Positions 33,347 through 36,603 of a stretch of DNA of 36,603 nt are shown here, in pieces. How positions within the stretch are numbered: the stretch's first letter is position 1; each line of letters begins with the position of its first letter. The translations under genes were made by a program, and so were the position numbers. The DNA lies in assembly GCA_964395955.1 (NCBI GenBank), contig CAYNDI010000001.1, forward strand, positions 1 through 36,603. Direction: 5' to 3'. The DNA comes from an uncultured Dehalococcoidaceae bacterium (GTDB lineage: Bacteria; Chloroflexota; Dehalococcoidia; Dehalococcoidales; RBG-16-60-22). Under the pieces are notes generated by a model. The model ran no database searches, was not told the DNA's origin, and worked only from the letters and a program-made list of their open reading frames with translations.

Positions 33347-34421
33347 CTTTTGCCTCCATGATGATGTTGATAATCCTTGCGGCGGCCTTTCCGTCCCCGA
33401 AGGGATTGGCCCAGTCCTTCTTCCTGTCCAGCATGGCCGCGGCACACTCAAGTATTTTATCCGCCGACGCGCCGGCCAGTATGTTCGCCCCCGCCTCTAC
33501 TGTTTCCGGACGTTCCGTGTTGTCCCGCAGCGTTACGCAGGGCACTTTCAGGATGCAGGTTTCCTCCTGGACGCCCCCGGAGTCGGTCAGTACCAGCCGG
33601 GCGTTGCTTTCCAGTTGCAGGAAGCTGAGAAAGTCCACCGGGTCGATTGTTTTAACGTTCTCCGGCGGCTTGGCCAGGTCGTCTATCAGCTTTCGGCTTC
33701 TCGGGTGGGCGGGATAAACGACCGGCAGACCGAACTTACCGGCGACCCGGCTTAGTCCCTCCAGGATTGAGCTGAACCTTTCTTCGTTATCGGTGTTCTC
33801 CTGGCGGTGCAGGGTGGCCAGGAAATATTTCTGAGGCTTGAGCTGGAACTGTTTTTCGATGTCTACTTGGCCCCTAGCTAGCTCCAGGTTCTGATAAACG
33901 GCATCGACGATTGTATTTCCGGTGACGAACACCTTCTCCTTGCCGATTCCCTCACCGAGCAGTATCTCCCGCGCTTTGGCTGTCGGCGCGAAGAGGTAGT
34001 CCGAGATATGGTCGGCCAGCACCCGGTTGATTTCCTCCGGCATCGTCCGGTCGTAGGAGCGCAGTCCCGCCTCCACGTGCCCGACCCTGATGCCGAGTTT
34101 GACCGCCGCCAGGGCGCCGGCCAGGACGCTGTTGGTGTCCCCCTCCACGAGGACGATATCCGGCTTTTCCTCTTTGAGTATTCCCTCGATACCGATGAGC
34201 ATCTTGCCGGTCTCTTCGGCGTGGGAGCCGGAGCCGACTTCTATATTATATTTCGGCGGGGGTATTTCCAGCTGGTCGAAAAAGACCTTGTCGAGCTGGT
34301 AGGAATAGTGCTGTCCGGTGTGGAGTGTGAAAAAGCCTGTCCTGTTTTCCTGCAGTATTTTCAGCAGGGGAGCCATCTTGATTATTTCGGGGCGGGTTCC
34401 GAGGATTACCGAAATCTTCAT
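33339..34421 (-). CDS. wecB: UDP-N-acetylglucosamine 2-epimerase (non-hydrolysing)
   Basis: The sequence MKISVILGTRPEIIKMAPLL...HTGQHYSY...VEGDTNSVLAGALAA...HVEAGLRS...TLHRQENTD...TDSGGVQEE is classic WecB/MnaA. It is the first gene of the minus-strand operon. Confidence 0.9.
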   Translation of the reverse strand: MKISVILGTRPEIIKMAPLLKILQENRTGFFTLHTGQHYSYQLDKVFFDQLEIPPPKYNIEVGSGSHAEETGKMLIGIEGILKEEKPDIVLVEGDTNSVLAGALAAVKLGIRVGHVEAGLRSYDRTMPEEINRVLADHISDYLFAPTAKAREILLGEGIGKEKVFVTGNTIVDAVYQNLELARGQVDIEKQFQLKPQKYFLATLHRQENTDNEERFSSILEGLSRVAGKFGLPVVYPAHPRSRKLIDDLAKPPENVKTIDPVDFLSFLQLESNARLVLTDSGGVQEETCILKVPCVTLRDNTERPETVEAGANILAGASADKILECAAAMLDRKKDWANPFGDGKAAARIINIIMEAKDG

Positions 34422-34535
34422 GCGGCAGACTTATCTCCTGACGGGTGATAGTCCCGGAGCCTGGCGATTTGCTGTCACCGGAACCGGTCAACCGGAGAGA
34501 CAGGCTTGGCTCCGGTCAGGTAAATAGTTTCTGTA

Positions 34536-34564
34536 ATTATAACCCACCCCGTTGGCGTTAGCAA
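34536..34564 (-). promoter_or_regulatory. Putative sigma70-type promoter of the minus-strand glycan operon
   Basis: The minus strand reads TTGCTA (34564-34559), a 17-nt spacer and TATAAT (34541-34536). This predicts a ~105-nt leader before the wecB ATG at 34421. This is a motif-only prediction. Confidence 0.4.
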
Positions 34565-34598
34565 GGTAATCCTTATCTCTATACCCCACCTCACATAG

Positions 34599-34647
34599 GT
34601 TATCTTTTCCCACCCTGGCCGCCCTCGCGTCATCTACGGCTTATCCC
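34599..34647 (-). repeat. ~50-bp repeat unit, inverted copy A'
   Basis: Its reverse complement, GGGATAAGCCGTAGATGACGCGAGGGCGGCCAGGGTGGGAAAAGATAAC, matches unit copy 1 at 43/49 positions by hand alignment. Confidence 0.85.
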
Positions 34648-34755
34648 TAAAAGGCTTCTTGTCATTCTGAGCGGAGCGAAGAATCTCAGGGTGGGGACAA
34701 TGTCGTTCCGGAATAGGCTGGAATCCAGTTCTCTTTTCCCCCACCCCCCTCGTGG

Positions 34756-34804
34756 GTTATCTGTCCCCACCCAGGCCGCCCGGTATCATCTACGACTTTC
34801 CCCG
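34756..34804 (-). repeat. ~50-bp repeat unit, inverted copy B' (more diverged)
   Basis: Its reverse complement is GGGGAAAGTCGTAGATGATACCGGGCGGCCTGGGTGGGGACAGATAAC. The conserved core is GGGCGGCC.GGGTGGG...AGATAAC. Confidence 0.75.
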
Positions 34805-34862
34805 TAATTCCAAAAGAGGGAGTGCGCAGCGAGAGGGGCGATAACCCCTCTCAATAATACTT

Positions 34863-34919
34863 CCCCCTCTCAAACATGATAAAGAACGAGTCATAGAGAT
34901 AAAGATGTTTGAGAGGGGG
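34863..34919. repeat. Long palindromic hairpin (15-bp perfect arms, 27-nt loop)
   Basis: The left arm is CCCCCTCTCAAACAT (34863-34877) and the right arm is ATGTTTGAGAGGGGG (34905-34919). The arms share the CCCCCTCTC/GAGAGGGGG motif with the hairpins at 4347-4369 and 34831-34852. Confidence 0.8.
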
Positions 34920-34974
34920 TCAGGGGGTGAGTACAAAAGATATACCTTTAGTGGACGGAAACCCTGTGATTGTC

Positions 34975-35003
34975 TTGCAAAGCAGGCATATATATGCCAT
35001 AAT
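34975..35003 (+). promoter_or_regulatory. Putative promoter of the oligosaccharyltransferase gene
   Basis: The arrangement is TTGCAA (34975-34980), a 17-nt spacer and CATAAT (34998-35003). The spacer contains the 14-bp palindrome GGCATATATATGCC (34985-34998). This is a motif-only prediction. Confidence 0.25.
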
Positions 35004-35051
35004 TGAGCCAACTTTATTACCGAAGCCCCCTTACGGAGTCGCCAATCGGAT

Positions 35052-36603
35052 ATGAGTGCCAGCAGATTATCTCCGAGATTAATTGTCGCCTTACTCGTTA
35101 CCATCGCTTTCGGTATTTCCCTGCTCTTTCGTGTCGTCCTTCCTTTCGACCAGGTTTTCAGCGGTGATTGGGTCAAATATACCAGCGTAGATGCCTATTT
35201 TCATATGCGTCTGGTCGATAACATAGTACATAATTTCCCGCATCTCATGAATTTCGACCCCTACTTCTATTTTCCCGATGGTTCTTATATCAGCAATACC
35301 TATTTCCCGGACTGGCTTTTAGGCGGTATCATCTGGCTGTTCGGCCTGGGTTCTCCCACGCAAAATACGGCCAATGTTATCAGTGTATTATTCCCGGCTA
35401 TGATTGCCGCCCTGACGGTTATCCCCGTTTATTTCATCGGCAAAGCGCTGTTTAACCGCTGGGTAGGCGTTCTGGCGGCGTTTTTGATGGCAATACTCCC
35501 CGGTGAATATTTAGGTCGTACAATACTGGGTCTAAACGATACTCCCGGTATTGAAGTAATGTTAAGCACTACTTTCCTCGCTTTTATTATCTGGGCTATT
35601 AAGACCGCCCGTGAAAGAGAACTGACCTTTAACCATATCTTGAAGTTTGATAGGTCAAAGTGTATTAAGCCTCTCGTGTTAAGTGTCCTTGGCGGAGTAT
35701 TTCTGGGACTGTATCTTATCAGCTGGATAGGGGCGCTGCTCTTTGTTTTTATCTTTATCCTTTATCTGGTCATCAGGTTCATCAAGGACCACCTGGAGCA
35801 GCGTTCGGTTGACTACCTGGGTATTGTCAGTGTCCCATCATTGGTGGTTGCCCTGATAGTCTTTTCACCGATTGCCCCAAGCTCTTTTTACGTAATATCC
35901 CTGGTTCTGGCCATCTTTGTTCCGGTGTTAATCATCGTTATTTCACGGTTGATGACGTCTAGAAAAATAAATCCGTACTATTTTCCCGTCGCGCTGGTCG
36001 TTATGGGCGGTATCGCTGCGGCTATATATTACGGTATTAAACCGGATTTATTTCGTGCGATGCTATCCCGGTTCGATATCTTTACCCCGACCGGGTCTAC
36101 CGCTACTACCACCATCGAGATGCAGCCCTTCCTGGCTCCAACCGGCAGCTTTACCACGGCCATCGGCTGGGGTAACTTCACCACCAGCTTTTTCCTGTTC
36201 AGCAAATGGGCTTTTCCCGGTGTAGCTCTCATATCATTGAGTATTATTATTTACCTTTTCATCAGGAAAGACGGCACGTCACCGGGCTACCTCCGTCCGG
36301 TTATCTGGACTCTGATGATTATTGTGGTAATAATGGTGATGCTGTTGATGTCCGGTTACGGTCACCGGTATTGGTCTCTGGTATTTGCCGCTGTCCTGGT
36401 GGCTCTCCTTTTTATGCCGGGCGATGGGAAGAAACACTGGGCGCTCTTCCTTGTCTGGACTCTGGTGATTTTAGCTTTAACCCTTGGCCAGCGACGTTTT
36501 GCCTATTACCTTGTGGTTAATATCGCCGTGCTTTCCGCGTATTTCTGCTGGCAGGTAGTCTGGCTGGCCGGCATCAGGAAGCTGGCAACCAGGTCGGGGG
36601 AGA
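35052..36603 (+). CDS. STT3/AglB/PglB-superfamily oligosaccharyltransferase, N-terminal membrane domain (3' end outside window)
   Basis: I hand-translated the frame from ATG 35052; it stays open for 517 codons to the window end, so it is absent from the ORF track. The protein is multi-TM. It carries an EL1 acidic motif VDAYFHMRLVDNIVHNFPHLMNFDPYFYFPDG (compare STT3/AglB D.yyh.R...D...YP.G). A second acidic loop reads GRTILGLNDTPGIEV. An EL5 motif TTIEMQPF matches SVSEHQP of STT3 and TIxE of PglB. The catalytic WWDYG region would lie downstream of the window. Confidence 0.85.
   Translation, partial: MSASRLSPRLIVALLVTIAFGISLLFRVVLPFDQVFSGDWVKYTSVDAYFHMRLVDNIVHNFPHLMNFDPYFYFPDGSYISNTYFPDWLLGGIIWLFGLGSPTQNTANVISVLFPAMIAALTVIPVYFIGKALFNRWVGVLAAFLMAILPGEYLGRTILGLNDTPGIEVMLSTTFLAFIIWAIKTARERELTFNHILKFDRSKCIKPLVLSVLGGVFLGLYLISWIGALLFVFIFILYLVIRFIKDHLEQRSVDYLGIVSVPSLVVALIVFSPIAPSSFYVISLVLAIFVPVLIIVISRLMTSRKINPYYFPVALVVMGGIAAAIYYGIKPDLFRAMLSRFDIFTPTGSTATTTIEMQPFLAPTGSFTTAIGWGNFTTSFFLFSKWAFPGVALISLSIIIYLFIRKDGTSPGYLRPVIWTLMIIVVIMVMLLMSGYGHRYWSLVFAAVLVALLFMPGDGKKHWALFLVWTLVILALTLGQRRFAYYLVVNIAVLSAYFCWQVVWLAGIRKLATRSGE

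Larger units (their letters stand above)
34599..34854 (-). repeat. Composite repeat module R, the imperfect inverted copy of module L
   Basis: It contains two inverted copies of the ~50-bp unit (34599-34647 and 34756-34804) and the hairpin GAGAGGGG-cgataa-CCCCTCTC (34831-34852). The run CCCCTCTCGCTGCGCACT is shared (18 nt identical) with module L. The spacer contains GTCATTCTGAGCGGAGCGAAGAATCTC. Confidence 0.85.

Noticed and set aside
33347-33451. A 35-codon N-terminal extension of the SDR ORF 32420-33451 (MSVPRPCWTGRRTG...).
   Set aside because: The extension lies inside the 3' end of wecB, is Pro/Arg/Gly-rich and precedes a canonical MAKILVTGGTGFIGS N-terminus that has its own GGAGG RBS. 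The start was moved to 33346.
34985-34998. The 14-bp palindrome GGCATATATATGCC in the spacer of the putative oligosaccharyltransferase promoter. It could be an operator, or an archaeal-style TATA box.
   Set aside because: It is short, is mostly an AT dinucleotide repeat, and about two such palindromes are expected by chance. It is recorded under the promoter feature but not promoted to a finding.
34790-35176. A 128-aa minus-strand ORF spanning repeat module R and the start of the oligosaccharyltransferase gene.
   Set aside because: It runs through the palindromic repeat elements and antisense to the oligosaccharyltransferase N-terminus, and it has no recognisable motif or RBS. ORFs 36029-36232 (-) and 36206-36520 (+) are likewise internal to the oligosaccharyltransferase gene and were rejected.
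1-36603. Mobile-element genes (transposase, integrase, recombinase) that could explain the island borders and inverted repeats.
   Set aside because: No ORF in any frame showed DDE, tyrosine-recombinase (R..H..R..Y) or serine-recombinase motifs that I could recognise. The repeats therefore cannot be assigned to an autonomous element from this window.

Overview
This 36.6-kb window is dominated by a ~30-kb glycan-biosynthesis island. All functional calls below come from motif recognition by eye; no database search was possible.

- **Left edge (1-3661):** the 3' part of an Opp/Dpp/Nik-family ABC importer operon, with two permeases and two ATPases. The first gene is cut by the window edge.
- **3728-4790:** a truncated hypA remnant joined to unrelated sequence, followed by ~0.65 kb of AT-richer non-coding DNA that carries a composite repeat module.
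- **4791-34421:** 31 tightly packed genes, many with overlapping stop and start codons, in two convergent operons. Eleven genes lie on the + strand (4791-15407) and twenty on the - strand (34421-15434). The operons end 26 bp apart. Their content:
  - four GT-A/GT-B glycosyltransferases and two TagF/capsule-polymerase-like proteins, one of which appears circularly permuted
  - a Wzx-like flippase and WecB
  - a CDP-6-deoxyhexose pathway (RfbF, RfbG-like, cupin epimerase, reductase)
  - a LicC-like nucleotidyltransferase, a B12-binding radical SAM enzyme, an Asp/Glu racemase and an AT-rich acetyltransferase
  - a block combining a GmhA-like SIS isomerase, an HpcH/HpaI aldolase, an IMPase-family phosphatase, a 2-hydroxyacid dehydrogenase, a Gfo/Idh/MocA oxidoreductase, four methyltransferases and a KdsB-like cytidylyltransferase
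- **Right edge (35052 to window end):** the first 517 codons of an STT3/AglB-type oligosaccharyltransferase. It is missing from the ORF track because it has no stop codon inside the window.

The island is bracketed by mirror-image ~260-280 bp repeat modules, each upstream of one operon. I saw no rRNA, intact tRNA, CRISPR array, transposase or integrase. Shine-Dalgarno sites and sigma70-like promoters suggest a bacterium, but the taxon cannot be determined from this window.

Most interesting hypotheses:
1. A Kdo-like CMP-ulosonic-acid pathway assembled from non-orthologous enzymes and followed by heavy methylation.
2. An oligosaccharyltransferase-dependent protein glycosylation locus.
3. A permuted TagF-like enzyme.
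4. Mirrored upstream repeat modules that may coordinate the two operons.
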